From positions 704,001 to 768,000 of the forward strand of contig CAWGAA010000003.1 in the NCBI GenBank assembly GCA_963820525.1: DNA of 64,000 nucleotides, read 5' to 3'. Numbering within the stretch: the stretch's first letter is position 1; each line of letters opens with the position of its first letter. Shown here one piece after another: positions 53,919 to 64,000 of this stretch. Under the pieces are notes generated by a model. The model worked only from the letters and a program-made list of their open reading frames with translations. It searched no databases and had not been told where the DNA came from. A program made the translations under genes and the position numbers. The DNA comes from an uncultured Spirochaetota bacterium. Its GTDB lineage: Bacteria; Spirochaetota; Spirochaetia; SZUA-6; Fen-1364.

Positions 53919-54827
53919 ATGGCAAGAGCACGCCTCCATCCCTACCTCCTCATCCTTATGCTCACCGTGCCCGTCGCCGCGGCTGGCTGCCTGGAAATCG
54001 GCGGGGAGTTCCAGCTCGGGAATATGGGCTTCACCTCGAGCCGATCCAGCTCGGACACCTCGTTCAAGGGGGGGGATTACTTCTGGGGCGGCTCCCTGTA
54101 CATTACCCAGGGCGTGATGGACAATTTCCAGGTCGAGGGGGGGGTATTCAGGGACCTGATCCTCGGCAACGTCGTCTATTCGCTTCTCCAGTACAGGACG
54201 GACTACTTCAGCCTGGGGATCGGCCCATTCCTCGGCCTGTTCAACTCCAGTTCCGTTTTCATGAAATCGGGGATTTCAACCCTCGTGCGGCTGGAGCTTC
54301 CGGGCGTGGCATACGTCTCGCTGCGCACGGATGGCACCCTGGGAAACGCCGTGAGCACCGAGGGGGACTACAGCGAGCAGCGAAGCGACATCGCGCTGGG
54401 CTTCTACGTTCCCAACGCCATCTGCACTCTGAGCCTCTCCTCCCTGGAGTTCGTTTCGATGCAGGGAACCGCGCAGGTGGTGGACAGCCTGACCGAGTAC
54501 TCGCTCAAGGTCGTCGTCTTCGAGAAGAATGTGCCCTTCCGGCTCGACTTCGACTTCGCCTACCAGGTGCTGCTCAAGAAATACATCGACGGGGCTGCCA
54601 ACCCGACCCACGGCCTCACTTCCTTCATCCTGGGAGTGGGGCTTGATCTCCTCTTCTCAAAGGAGTTTTCATTCCTCCTCGACATGGAGACCAGCGTCTA
54701 TACGGTGGGAACCAGCCAGCTCTCCGCCTTCTCGGACGTCGGCTTCGCTCCCTTCCTCTTCCGGGCGTCGAGCGGATTCAGGTTGATCCTCGGATCTCCC
54801 TCCCAGACAGACCAGGAATCTCCCTAG
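53919..54827 (+). CDS. Hypothetical exported protein, probable outer-membrane beta-barrel
   Basis: GGAG RBS, signal peptide, many alternating aromatic/glycine-rich strands. Confidence 0.65.
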   Translation: MARARLHPYLLILMLTVPVAAAGCLEIGGEFQLGNMGFTSSRSSSDTSFKGGDYFWGGSLYITQGVMDNFQVEGGVFRDLILGNVVYSLLQYRTDYFSLGIGPFLGLFNSSSVFMKSGISTLVRLELPGVAYVSLRTDGTLGNAVSTEGDYSEQRSDIALGFYVPNAICTLSLSSLEFVSMQGTAQVVDSLTEYSLKVVVFEKNVPFRLDFDFAYQVLLKKYIDGAANPTHGLTSFILGVGLDLLFSKEFSFLLDMETSVYTVGTSQLSAFSDVGFAPFLFRASSGFRLILGSPSQTDQESP

Positions 54828-54878
54828 CCGGTGCTGAAAGCGCCGGCGTGAGATGGTATCATCTGGTGCGGTGAGACG

Positions 54879-56471
54879 ATGTCGACATATCAGGACGGAT
54901 ACGATAGCTGGGAAGCCTCCGGCGGTTCACAAGGCGCCGCCCTGCCCCGCACCGATGGCGCGGCCGGGTCAGCCGAATCTTTCGTAAATACCCCCTTTCC
55001 CGCAAGCCGCGGATCGCTCTGGGCCGGGACGATGAGGCCTCGAAAGCACAAGCTCATGATCTTCCTCGTCCTTCAGCTTTCTTTTTTCTTCGGGCTTCAG
55101 TATATGGCATGGAGGACCGCGGGGCTTCTCTTCCCCGTGGAAAACGATCTCTGCTACCGGCTCGTTCTGCCGCTTTCGATATTCTTTCTGGCCTATTTCA
55201 TCCTGATGTGGAGGAGCGTCTATTCCCGCGACTACCACTATTATTTAAAGAACAACCACGGCGCCGTGATCCGCAGTGCCCCCCTGCCCGTGGCGCTCAC
55301 ATGCGCCGTGTTCCTTGCGCTTGGAACCCATTCATCCCATCCCCTCACCGTGATCCTTCTCTACCTGACCGCGGGGGTGATCAGCTTTTCGATCGTTCAA
55401 GGCATGCAGTATCTGTGGATCCGGTATCTGAGCCGCCTCGGCTATTTCAAGAAAAAGGTCCTTGTCATCGGCTGCTCCCCCGATGGGTATTCATCGGATT
55501 CCCGCGTTCGCGACTTCGGAAGAACGAAGAGCTATGCGGGGGAGATCACCCGCTCGGGAGGCTCATGGCTGTGGAAACCGGCGGGGAACGCGGAATGCCG
55601 CCCCGTCGACGGATTCCCGCAGATCAAAACGATCATCCTGAAAGAAAACATCGGAGATATCATTCTCTTCCAGGGCGACTGGAGACAGCGCGAAGTGGAG
55701 CGGCAGCTCATCGGGTACTGCCAGTCCCTATCCATCGGCTACTATCTTGTGCCGGAGGCAGTGGAGAAGACAGCGACAAAAAACGTGAGCTCGCTTCTGT
55801 TCCCCTACATCCCGGTGCTGGAGAGGTTCGCGGGAACTAGGGACTCCCTCACGGCGGTATCCCTGAAAAGGCTGATCGACATGGCGATCTCCTTCATCAC
55901 ATTGCTTCTCTTCATTCCCGTCGGTCTGTTGATCGCGCTGGCCATCCTCGTCGACGACGGCGGCCCCGTTTTCTACGTCTCCACCCGGATCGGCAAGAAC
56001 GGCAGGCCGATACGCTTCTACAAGTTCAGGACCATGATCCGCGGCGCGGACAGGGAGAAAAGCAAGCTCCTCGCGTTCAACGACAGGGGGGACGGTCCCC
56101 TGTTCAAGATGAAGAACGATCCACGGGTCACGAGGGTGGGCGGGCTTTTGCGGCGGTGCAGCCTCGACGAGTTCCCCCAGCTTTTCAGCGTCCTTGTGGG
56201 GAGCATGAGCCTCGTGGGCCCGCGGCCCCACCTGCCCGGCGAGGTCGCGGAATACCGGGAAAGCGACTACCTGCGGCTGGAATGCATGCCCGGAATCGTG
56301 GGGCTGCCGCAGGTGACGGGGAGGAACACCATGGGATTCCGGGAATGGGTGAGCCTGGACCTGAGATACCGCAAGGGCTGGTCAATCGCCCTCGACCTCG
56401 GAATAATCGGCCGGACAATCGTCATCTTCGTCACGGATCTCTTCACGCGAAGGTCTCGGGACCATTACTAG
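54879..56471 (+). CDS. Priming polyprenyl glycosylphosphotransferase (WbaP/WcaJ-like)
   Basis: N-terminal TMs; KRLID, YKFRTM, DPRVTRVG..LRRCSLDEFPQ, SLVGPRP, PGIVGLPQV. Confidence 0.9.
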   Translation: MSTYQDGYDSWEASGGSQGAALPRTDGAAGSAESFVNTPFPASRGSLWAGTMRPRKHKLMIFLVLQLSFFFGLQYMAWRTAGLLFPVENDLCYRLVLPLSIFFLAYFILMWRSVYSRDYHYYLKNNHGAVIRSAPLPVALTCAVFLALGTHSSHPLTVILLYLTAGVISFSIVQGMQYLWIRYLSRLGYFKKKVLVIGCSPDGYSSDSRVRDFGRTKSYAGEITRSGGSWLWKPAGNAECRPVDGFPQIKTIILKENIGDIILFQGDWRQREVERQLIGYCQSLSIGYYLVPEAVEKTATKNVSSLLFPYIPVLERFAGTRDSLTAVSLKRLIDMAISFITLLLFIPVGLLIALAILVDDGGPVFYVSTRIGKNGRPIRFYKFRTMIRGADREKSKLLAFNDRGDGPLFKMKNDPRVTRVGGLLRRCSLDEFPQLFSVLVGSMSLVGPRPHLPGEVAEYRESDYLRLECMPGIVGLPQVTGRNTMGFREWVSLDLRYRKGWSIALDLGIIGRTIVIFVTDLFTRRSRDHY

Positions 56472-56493
56472 ACCGAAATTCGCCAAGGCCAAC

Positions 56494-58128
56494 ATGAATC
56501 GGGCACGCCTGATATCAATCCTGCTCTGGACAGCCCTCACATGCCCGCTTCAAGCGCAGGGCGAGCTCCCCGTGGACATCGACGACCCCGTCTATCCCCT
56601 CCTGGAGATCTGCGAGATTCGGGGAGCTCTTCCTCCCCTATCCGCCCTGAAGCCCTACACGGAGCGGGAAGTCCGGGGCTACCTGGCGACGGCGATCGCG
56701 AAGAAGGATGCCCTCACGGCGGAGGAGCTCTCGGCGCTCGAGGGGATCGAGAAAGGTTTTGCGCGGGGGGATGCCCCCCCTGTGTATTTCGAAGCTGCGG
56801 GAGCTTCCGATTTTCGCGTCGACCTCACCGACACCTCGGCACTGCACTCCATGAACATGGCGGAAGCCGCCATAAAGGGCAGCCTGTGGTCCATCCTCTC
56901 GTACAAGGTCGACATCGAGGCGTTCCTCGACAAGGTGGACCCCGACGCGTTCCCTCCCTTCGACTTCACCAAGCTGTGGGACGGGTTTCACGTCTGGGGC
57001 GAGAACGGCCAGGTCCTTGTCTCGACCGGCATCAATTCCCACCTGAACTTCAGCTCCGCGTCGCTTCCCGAGCTCTCCGTCGATCTCTTCGACCACGCTC
57101 TCAATCTCCAGCTCACCCGCACGCGGCGCGAGTGGGGACTCGGGGAAGGAAGCCTGAGCCTTTCGGGGACCGCGAGGCCCATCGAAGCCTTCGAGGGATC
57201 CACCCGTCCCGTCTCCTGGGCCGGCTTCCATTTCCTGGCCGGGACCCTCGGCTACTGGTGGAGTCCCACGAAAGAACAGAAGATGTTCTCCATCCACCGC
57301 CTGGAGCTTTTTCCTTTCGATTGGCTGTACATCTCTCCCTGGGAGAGCGTCGTCTACGCCAAGCGATTGGAGATTTCCTACCTCAACCCGCTCATGCCGT
57401 ACTTCTTCGGACAGCAGATCGGAGGGGATCTCGACAACGTGGCGTTCGGCGTCGACGCGGCGGTAACGATATCGCCCTTTGTCCGCCTCCACGCCTCCCT
57501 GTTTATCGATGAAATATCGTTCATCCCACTGGACACCTTCTTCTCGCGCCCTAAAAACCAGTACGCGTGGCAGGCCGGCCTCAAGGTGCCGCTCCCCTGG
57601 CCCGCATGGACGCTTTTCACCTTTCAGTACACGAAAATCGAGCCGTATTGCTATACCCACTATCTCCAGACAGTGCCCCAGTACACGTCGCCCATCGACA
57701 TCAATTTCACCAACGACGGGGAAAACATCGGCTACCATCTGCCTCCGAACTCGGACGAGTTCCTCTTCCGCCTCTTCGCCTCCCCCCTGGCGGGCATGGC
57801 GGTGACGGTCCAGTACCAGCTGATCCGGCATGGGACGGGAGATCACCTCGCGGGACAGATCGAGGGGGATATCGACACGCCGATCATCTATGACCCGCCC
57901 AGCGTGTACCCCATGAAGAGCTTCCTCAACGACGGTATCTATGAATGGATCAACGTCGCAACGCTTCACATCGCGTACGTTTTTGCCGCGATCCGAACGA
58001 GCGTGTGGGCTGAATACAGCTATGTGAACGCGACAAACTACACGAGCATCGTGGGCAACAATGTGGTGATGAACCTGGTCGGGCTGGGAGTCAGGATCAG
58101 CTGCTCGACGTGGGCAACCGGCGAATAG
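56494..58128 (+). CDS. Outer-membrane beta-barrel, capsule-assembly Wzi-like
   Basis: Signal peptide; N-terminal DPVYPLLE..IRG...KPYT helical segment; WGLGEGSLSLS, HRLE, ESVVY, DN, LFIDE. Confidence 0.65.
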   Translation: MNRARLISILLWTALTCPLQAQGELPVDIDDPVYPLLEICEIRGALPPLSALKPYTEREVRGYLATAIAKKDALTAEELSALEGIEKGFARGDAPPVYFEAAGASDFRVDLTDTSALHSMNMAEAAIKGSLWSILSYKVDIEAFLDKVDPDAFPPFDFTKLWDGFHVWGENGQVLVSTGINSHLNFSSASLPELSVDLFDHALNLQLTRTRREWGLGEGSLSLSGTARPIEAFEGSTRPVSWAGFHFLAGTLGYWWSPTKEQKMFSIHRLELFPFDWLYISPWESVVYAKRLEISYLNPLMPYFFGQQIGGDLDNVAFGVDAAVTISPFVRLHASLFIDEISFIPLDTFFSRPKNQYAWQAGLKVPLPWPAWTLFTFQYTKIEPYCYTHYLQTVPQYTSPIDINFTNDGENIGYHLPPNSDEFLFRLFASPLAGMAVTVQYQLIRHGTGDHLAGQIEGDIDTPIIYDPPSVYPMKSFLNDGIYEWINVATLHIAYVFAAIRTSVWAEYSYVNATNYTSIVGNNVVMNLVGLGVRISCSTWATGE

Positions 58129-58201
58129 CGCACGGCGGCCCCGCGGCGTGGAAGCACGGCCGGCCTCAGCCGTCCAGCGCGGCGGGGTACCGCCGCGGGA
58201 C

Positions 58202-58711
58202 TTAGGGCGTGAACTCCTTCGACTTTCCCTTTGCAATCGAAAGGGTCTTCCAATCTCCCGAGCGCAGCGCCTTGGCCAACAAGACGATCTGTCCGACATG
58301 GTACGCCGTATGGGTGACGCTTCTGTTGAGCGCTTCGATCAGCGTGAGGGACTGGCCGCGGATGCGGATTGTCTTGTCGAGCGTTCCCTCGTCAATGGAG
58401 GCCAGGGCGGCGAACACGGCCTGCCAGCCCTTCTCCCACTGCTCGACCAGTTGTCTGCGTGAAGCGGATTGATCCTCGAATTCGGCGTCCCTCTCCCGCC
58501 ACGGCTTCTCACCATCCGTGGTCTGGAAGTCGGTCCACCTGGACCTGAGGTTTCCCCCGACATGCTGCATGATGACGGCGATGCTGTTGGACTCGGGATC
58601 CGGCTTCCAGGAAAGCTCCCCGTCGCGGACCTGGGAGATGGCCTTGTCCCCGAGGTCCTTGTACTGCCTGAAGAGGCCCGAAACGTTATCGATATAATTC
58701 CTCCAATTCAT
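58202..58711 (-). CDS. DinB-superfamily protein (DUF1572-like)
   Basis: SNSIAVIMQHVGGNLRSRWTDF..DGEKPWRERDAEF, HTAYHVGQI. Confidence 0.85.
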   Translation of the reverse strand: MNWRNYIDNVSGLFRQYKDLGDKAISQVRDGELSWKPDPESNSIAVIMQHVGGNLRSRWTDFQTTDGEKPWRERDAEFEDQSASRRQLVEQWEKGWQAVFAALASIDEGTLDKTIRIRGQSLTLIEALNRSVTHTAYHVGQIVLLAKALRSGDWKTLSIAKGKSKEFTP

Positions 58712-58712
58712 C

Positions 58713-59435
58713 TCATGCGCCTTCCTTCTTCCAGTATCCGTCGAGGCTGATCGTGGAGTGGAAAACACGCTTGATGAAGAGAAACGCTCCCGTACCATCG
58801 ATCGACATCCCGCGGAGAAACCCGTCTCCCGCGGGGCCGTCGGCGTATGTGAGGACCGTCGTCATCTTTTCCACGCCGAAGGGAAGCGGACTGAGGGTAT
58901 AGCTCACCTCAACCGGAACCCCGCTTTCCCTTTCCAGGGCCGCGGTCCCCGTCAGGCTTGTCCCGTCCTTTTTCTTCAAATTGAAGGAGTACAGGGCGCA
59001 GCTCTTTCCGTCGAGGAGCTTGCTCTCCCCCAGGTCTTTCACGGTGACGGCCTGCTGGAGATCGGGATTGAACGGATTGTCTTCCAGGCCGATGGACATC
59101 GATTTGCCGTCCTTTGCCGCCTTTCGGTTTCGCTCCTCCATCGCCTTCTGCTCCTTTTCGGTCACGTCTTCGCCGTTTCGCGTTGCTTTTTCGATTGTGC
59201 TCACGGGGCTCCCATCGGCTCCCGGGGAAATGCGGATCAGCGACTCGAAGGTGTCGGTCATCTTGCCATTGTCGTCAAGGACTTCGGAGCGCATCACGGT
59301 GACTCCGGGAATCCACGGCTTGTTTCGTCCGGCTATCTCCACTGCCTTTGGCCAGAGGGAGTCCTGGGCGGAAGCCCGAAGGGCGCAGGAGCCGAGGAGA
59401 AAGATCGCCATCGCGGTTCTCGCATGAGTTTTCAT
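58713..59435 (-). CDS. Secreted hypothetical protein
   Basis: Signal peptide ending ALRASA; 1-nt gap to downstream gene. Confidence 0.7.
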   Translation of the reverse strand: MKTHARTAMAIFLLGSCALRASAQDSLWPKAVEIAGRNKPWIPGVTVMRSEVLDDNGKMTDTFESLIRISPGADGSPVSTIEKATRNGEDVTEKEQKAMEERNRKAAKDGKSMSIGLEDNPFNPDLQQAVTVKDLGESKLLDGKSCALYSFNLKKKDGTSLTGTAALERESGVPVEVSYTLSPLPFGVEKMTTVLTYADGPAGDGFLRGMSIDGTGAFLFIKRVFHSTISLDGYWKKEGA

Positions 59436-59551
59436 GACAAGGAAATAGTACCTCCGTTCGGCGCCTTGTCCAAGACCGCCTCGGTGAGACCCGTCCGTAT
59501 CGTCGTCAAGAGCTCGGCCGCGGCGTCCGACATTGAAGAGTGGAGAACAAC

Positions 59552-60010
59552 ATGACGGAAGCGGCGCTCCAAACCGTACCCCAGCCCACGAGCCACGACA
59601 CCGAGATAATCCGGATCATCGGAGAGCTTCGGGAAGTGTTCGAGGCGCATTTCGACAGGACCTGGTTTGCCCTGCTCATCGATGAGATGCCCATCGATTC
59701 GCGCGCGGTGCGCGAGATCAGGCGCCTGGTCTCGCTGAAGAGCATTTTTCCCGGAGAGGAGTGGGAGGTCTGGCAGCGGGTGCAGGAGATGGAGGAGTTC
59801 ATCCTCCATGTGAAGCGCTTCCTCCTTCCCGTGCTCAAGGAGAGGCTAGGCGTCTCGTGGCTCACCCCATCGCGCCGCTCGCCGGACCGGACCCAGATCA
59901 TCATCAGGGAATTCGTTGCCTTCACCTTCCCCTACAACCTCGAGCGCCTGCGGGTGCTCACGGAGAAGCTCAAGGCGAGCCTCCGCCTCCACTACCCCTT
60001 TCTCCAGTGA
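59552..60010 (+). CDS. Hypothetical cytoplasmic helical protein
   Basis: GGAG RBS; GC3-rich codon usage. Confidence 0.7.
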   Translation: MTEAALQTVPQPTSHDTEIIRIIGELREVFEAHFDRTWFALLIDEMPIDSRAVREIRRLVSLKSIFPGEEWEVWQRVQEMEEFILHVKRFLLPVLKERLGVSWLTPSRRSPDRTQIIIREFVAFTFPYNLERLRVLTEKLKASLRLHYPFLQ

Positions 60011-60028
60011 GGTGCTACACTAGGCTCG

Positions 60029-61018
60029 ATGGGTGAATCGCAAGCGGAAGTCCTTCCTCAGCAGGACTTCGCCCGGTCCCACGAATTGGCGCGCCGGCTC
60101 GTCGACGGCCTTGAGCGCGTCATTCGCGGTAAAAGGACCGTTCTTGAATACCTGATCACGGGGATCCTCGCCAGCGGACACGTCCTGATCGAGGACGTGC
60201 CGGGCCTCGGCAAGACCACCCTGGCCAAGACCGTCGCACGGCTCATCTCCCGGTCGCGCAAATCCAGCCCCGTCGTCTTCCGGAGAATACAGTTCACTCC
60301 CGACCTGCTGCCCTACGACATCACGGGGGTGGACATATTCGATCCGGAGAGCAAGGGCTTCGTCTTCTCCCCCGGACCCGTTTTCGCCAATGTGCTCCTC
60401 GCCGACGAGATCAACCGCACCACCCCCAAGGTGCAGTCGGCGCTGCTGGAGGTCATGGCGGAGAGCCAGGTCACCGTGGGCAACAAGACCTACCCCATGG
60501 ACCCCTTCTTCTTCGTCATCGCCACGCAGAACCCGGTGGAGATCGAGGGCGTGTATCCTCTGCCCCTGGCGCAGATCGACAGGTTCCTGATGCGGCTGCG
60601 CATCGGGTATCCCGACCTCGAGGTGGAAGTGGGCATCGTTCGCGACGACCCGTCGGCGACGATCATGCCGGAGATCCAGCCCGTGTGCGGCAAGGATGAC
60701 GTCCTCGACGCGCGGGGGTGGGCGTCCCGCGTCTTCTGCGACGAACGGCTCATGCGCGCGGCCGTGGGGGTATCCGCCGCCACGCGGGGGCACCAGGGCA
60801 TCGAGCTTGGCGCATCCCCCCGGGGAAGCCTCATGCTGGTGCGCGCGGCGCGCGCCCTGGCGCTGGTCCGCGGCAGGGACTACGTGATAGATCAGGACCT
60901 CGTGGACATGGCGCCGCCCGTCATCGCGCATCGGCTGCGCCTCAAGGATACTCGACTGGATTCGGAGAGCCTCGTGCGGGAGATCGTGCTGGCGGAGCTT
61001 TCTCGGATCCCCTACTAG
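60029..61018 (+). CDS. moxR: MoxR-family AAA+ ATPase
   Basis: IEDVPGLGKT, RIQFTPDLLP, ADEINRTTPKVQSALLE, ATQNP, LPLAQIDRF. Confidence 0.95.
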   Translation: MGESQAEVLPQQDFARSHELARRLVDGLERVIRGKRTVLEYLITGILASGHVLIEDVPGLGKTTLAKTVARLISRSRKSSPVVFRRIQFTPDLLPYDITGVDIFDPESKGFVFSPGPVFANVLLADEINRTTPKVQSALLEVMAESQVTVGNKTYPMDPFFFVIATQNPVEIEGVYPLPLAQIDRFLMRLRIGYPDLEVEVGIVRDDPSATIMPEIQPVCGKDDVLDARGWASRVFCDERLMRAAVGVSAATRGHQGIELGASPRGSLMLVRAARALALVRGRDYVIDQDLVDMAPPVIAHRLRLKDTRLDSESLVREIVLAELSRIPY

Positions 61019-61027
61019 GCAGGCAAG

Positions 61028-62365
61028 ATGCGCAGCCCTCCGCTTCGATCCTCCCCCCTTGGATTCATCAAGAAGGCCGTTCCCCTGACATCGCGCGGGG
61101 TGTTCCTCCTCTCGCTTTCCGTGCTCATTCTCGGCCTCGGGGTCTGGCGGGCCGACATGGCCGGCCTGTTCTGGGGCTCCAGCTTCCTGCTCGCTTCTCT
61201 GTACGCCGTGGTAGGAAACCACCTCACCCGGCTTTTCGTCTCCCGAGGCAAGGGGGCGCCGGGCTTCCTGGAGGTTCACCTGCCCGTGTCGGTCCTCTCC
61301 CCGGGGGAGGAAGCCGAGGCGCACATCGGCGTCACCCTCGCGAAAATACTGATGCCCGGATTCACCGTCCGCTTTACCCTGCCGCTCCACTGGCACGAGA
61401 GAAGCGTGAGCGGCGTCCGCTCGCCCCTCGCCCCCGGACAAAACCGGCACTCCATCCGCTTCCGCGCCGAGAAAAGAGGAAGCTATTCGGCTGATGAGGC
61501 GCTCTTCGAGGTGCGCGACATCCTCGGTTTCTCTTCAGGAGCCTTTTCCGTCTCCGTGCGCGAATCGGTAAAGGTCTTCCCCCGGGTGGCTCCCCGAAGG
61601 GACCCCCTGCGCGTGGTTCAGGAGGGCGGGGACGCGGTGCGCTACGCCGCGCAGAGACGGAGGAGCGAGGAGCTTCTGGAGGTAAGAAAGTACTTCCCCG
61701 GAGACGACGTTCGAAAGCTCAACTGGAAGGTGTTCGCCCACTCCAGCGAGCTGTTCCTGAGGATCGGGGAGGAGACTCCTCCGCCGGAGTCCCGCTTCCT
61801 CATCATCCTCGATTCCACCGCCAATCCCCTGGTGCCGCGCGGCATGGCGGCTGATTATCTCGACGGCGTGGTCGAGGAATGCGCCACTACCATGACGATC
61901 CTTCTCTCACGCGGCACCGAGGCGTTGTTCTGGAGGCCGGGGTCGGCGCAGTGCCACCCCTTCACGCAGGAATCCGCCACGGAGCTCATGGCCATCCTTG
62001 CCGACGTGTGGTGGGCCGAGCCCGGGTGGGCCATGGAGCTTCCCGCGCGCACGGGCATGCACGCTTTAGTTTTCTCCACGCCGGGATCCCCGTCCTTAGA
62101 CCGCATCATGAGAGAGGTCGCCGGCAGGGGGTGGAGGGCGAGCCTGTTCCTCAAGGATCTCGATTGCGCTCCGCAAGGGGCCGGACGCGTGCGCGTGCGA
62201 GACCTGATATTCGTTTCCCCCGCGGGAAGCGCCCCCGCCCGGGGGCAGGCGTACAACGCCAGGAGCCTCCGCCCCTTCCGCGACGCGATGGCGGAAGCCG
62301 TGGCGCGCTACGGGGGATCGCTCGCGGGGGCTGCGCCTCCCCGGACCGAAAGGACTCGACCATGA
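61028..62365 (+). CDS. DUF58 domain membrane protein
   Basis: N-terminal TMs; RG.Y...DILG; VRKYFPGDDVRKLNWK. Confidence 0.88.
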   Translation: MRSPPLRSSPLGFIKKAVPLTSRGVFLLSLSVLILGLGVWRADMAGLFWGSSFLLASLYAVVGNHLTRLFVSRGKGAPGFLEVHLPVSVLSPGEEAEAHIGVTLAKILMPGFTVRFTLPLHWHERSVSGVRSPLAPGQNRHSIRFRAEKRGSYSADEALFEVRDILGFSSGAFSVSVRESVKVFPRVAPRRDPLRVVQEGGDAVRYAAQRRRSEELLEVRKYFPGDDVRKLNWKVFAHSSELFLRIGEETPPPESRFLIILDSTANPLVPRGMAADYLDGVVEECATTMTILLSRGTEALFWRPGSAQCHPFTQESATELMAILADVWWAEPGWAMELPARTGMHALVFSTPGSPSLDRIMREVAGRGWRASLFLKDLDCAPQGAGRVRVRDLIFVSPAGSAPARGQAYNARSLRPFRDAMAEAVARYGGSLAGAAPPRTERTRP

Positions 62366-64000
62366 TGCAAGCGCGTGAGAGGGCCCGCCCCCTCGCCCTC
62401 TTCCTTCTTCGAAACCTCGTCCTCTACTTCTTCCTGGTGAACGGCTACCTCCAGCTGCGCGAGCAGCTGGACATCTTCTTCCAATGCGCCGCGTTCCTGG
62501 TCGGCGTGCTCGTGGCGCTCTGGATGGAGAAAGGACGTTTGAGGTTTCTCCCCGCCCTGCTCCTGGCGGCCGCGCTGCCCGCCGCGCTTCACGCCCTGTT
62601 CTTTCTCGTGTTCCGGCTCCAGCGAGCCGCCGCCCCGGGGCCCGCCACGGATTTCCTCTTCCTTCTCTTCGACAAGGACTTCCCCCCCTCCGTCGTCGCC
62701 TTCGCGCTGGCCTGGCTTTTCAACTTCCTGGCCCTCCGGTGGCGCGGGTTCCCCTTCATCGAAGTCGGGCTCAACTCCCTTCTCCTGCTCCTCGTGTTCT
62801 GGACCCAGGCCGGATACCGCTTGAGCCTGTACTCGCACCCTTCCATCCTGGCATACCTGCTCGCCGCTTTCGTTGTGTCGGAGCTCTTCGTGCTGCTCCT
62901 CGCCTGGGTGGGTGAAGCCCGGGAGAAGGAGGGAGCGAGGGGACGGCTCTCCGCACGGTCCCTGCTTTCGTTCTCCTGGATCGTGCTTCCCCTGCTCCTG
63001 GTTTTCCTCTTCTTCCTCCTGGGAAAGTACAGCGAAGGAGCCGTGAAGGCCGGCGGAGGGCTCATGAAGCCGACTCTCTTCAGATTCGACTTCTCGCCCT
63101 TCATCAAGCTGGAGAGCGAGATCCGGATGTCGGACGAGCTCGTGCTCCTGTACCGCACGGAAGGCGAGGCGGACAGGTGGCTTCTCAAGCGCTTCGTCCT
63201 TCCCGGCTACGATCCGAACCGGGGATTCTTCATGGAAAAGGGCAAGGGCATCGACGAATACCCTTCAACGGTCCCCGACTCATCCCAGTCGTTCCCCGAC
63301 CCGCGCTATCGGGACAGGCAGGACGTCACGCAGGAGTACTTCTTCCTCACCCTGGATCCTTCTTCCCTGATCGCGGTGGACTATCCCCTTCAGGTGACCC
63401 CCCTGAAGAACTGGAAGGGCTCCTCGTTTCTCAGGGTCTACAGGGTGCTGTCGCGGGCGGTGAGATCGGAAACGGCCGCCTCCAGGGTGAGCAGGCCTCC
63501 CGCTCTGCCCCCCGGAGCCCTCGCCTACTACACGGATTACGCGAAAGACGACCTGATCAGGAACCTCGCGCTCACCGTGACCGCGGACGAATCTTCCTAT
63601 TATGGAAAAGTATGGGCGATCGAAGACTACCTGAAAACGAACTACCTCTACTCTCTGAAACCGGGGATCGCGGAGGACGGCAACCAGCTCCACTACTTCC
63701 TCTTCGACTCCAAGAAGGGCTACTGCTCCTACTTCGCTTTCGCCATGGCCCTCATGTGCCGCAGCCTCGGCATCCCCGCCCGCGTGGCCGTCGGATTCTA
63801 CGTGGATCCCAAGCTCGAGGTGCTCAACTTCTACGAGGTGCGCGCCTTCCAGGCCCACGCCTGGGTGGAGGTGTACTTCGGGGACCTGGGGTGGATCCAG
63901 TTCGATCCCACCTCGGACCGCCTTGCGCCGGGCGAGCAGTTCAGCTTCTTCATGGGTCCGGACAAGGACACGCTGTCCAAGCTCATCAAGGAGATCCTGG
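62362..64000 (+). CDS. Membrane-anchored transglutaminase-like protein (truncated by window end)
   Basis: Read by hand (absent from the ORF track, no stop in window): multi-TM N-terminus, KGYCSYFA, GIPARVAVGF, AHAWVEVYF, FDPT (Cys-His-Asp triad). Confidence 0.9.
   Translation, partial: MMQARERARPLALFLLRNLVLYFFLVNGYLQLREQLDIFFQCAAFLVGVLVALWMEKGRLRFLPALLLAAALPAALHALFFLVFRLQRAAAPGPATDFLFLLFDKDFPPSVVAFALAWLFNFLALRWRGFPFIEVGLNSLLLLLVFWTQAGYRLSLYSHPSILAYLLAAFVVSELFVLLLAWVGEAREKEGARGRLSARSLLSFSWIVLPLLLVFLFFLLGKYSEGAVKAGGGLMKPTLFRFDFSPFIKLESEIRMSDELVLLYRTEGEADRWLLKRFVLPGYDPNRGFFMEKGKGIDEYPSTVPDSSQSFPDPRYRDRQDVTQEYFFLTLDPSSLIAVDYPLQVTPLKNWKGSSFLRVYRVLSRAVRSETAASRVSRPPALPPGALAYYTDYAKDDLIRNLALTVTADESSYYGKVWAIEDYLKTNYLYSLKPGIAEDGNQLHYFLFDSKKGYCSYFAFAMALMCRSLGIPARVAVGFYVDPKLEVLNFYEVRAFQAHAWVEVYFGDLGWIQFDPTSDRLAPGEQFSFFMGPDKDTLSKLIKEIL

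Noticed and set aside
60029..64000. MoxR-DUF58-transglutaminase operon as a novel system
   Set aside because: Well-known, widespread gene trio

Overview
GC-rich bacterial chromosomal window; a diderm, motile organism, most likely a free-living spirochaete (inferred from lipoprotein signals, a FadL-like outer-membrane protein and an MCP; not proven). Four blocks: (1) 1-8.6 kb housekeeping (nadB, lipoprotein metallophosphoesterase, bcp, orphan DNA methyltransferase fused to a nuclease-like OB domain, NUDIX, MBL hydrolase, beta-alpha fused ADP-forming acyl-CoA ligase); (2) 8.85-33.1 kb L-arabinose/arabinofuranoside locus (GH51, GH127, two AraC regulators, araA, MCP, YesMN-like two-component system, tandem sugar-binding lipoprotein, a more AT-rich block with a YtfQRT-YjfF-type ABC transporter, araB, araD), with a repeated bipartite operator-like motif and an apparent scar of a deleted ABC transporter; (3) 33.2-38.3 kb DEDDh-WYL exonuclease, M42 peptidase, rhomboid, DUF4139 protein; (4) 38.3-58.1 kb Wzx/Wzy-type polysaccharide locus followed by a MoxR-DUF58-transglutaminase operon running off the end. 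The top candidate for a new system is in block 4: no Wza/OPX gene is recognisable, and a single-repeat ('half') TolC-like protein is translationally coupled to wzc, alongside three beta-barrel-like proteins and a nucleotidyltransferase-thymidylate kinase-phosphotransferase triple fusion. Six single-base frameshifts at short C/G runs suggest long-read assembly errors. All calls come from motif recognition by eye; no searches were run.
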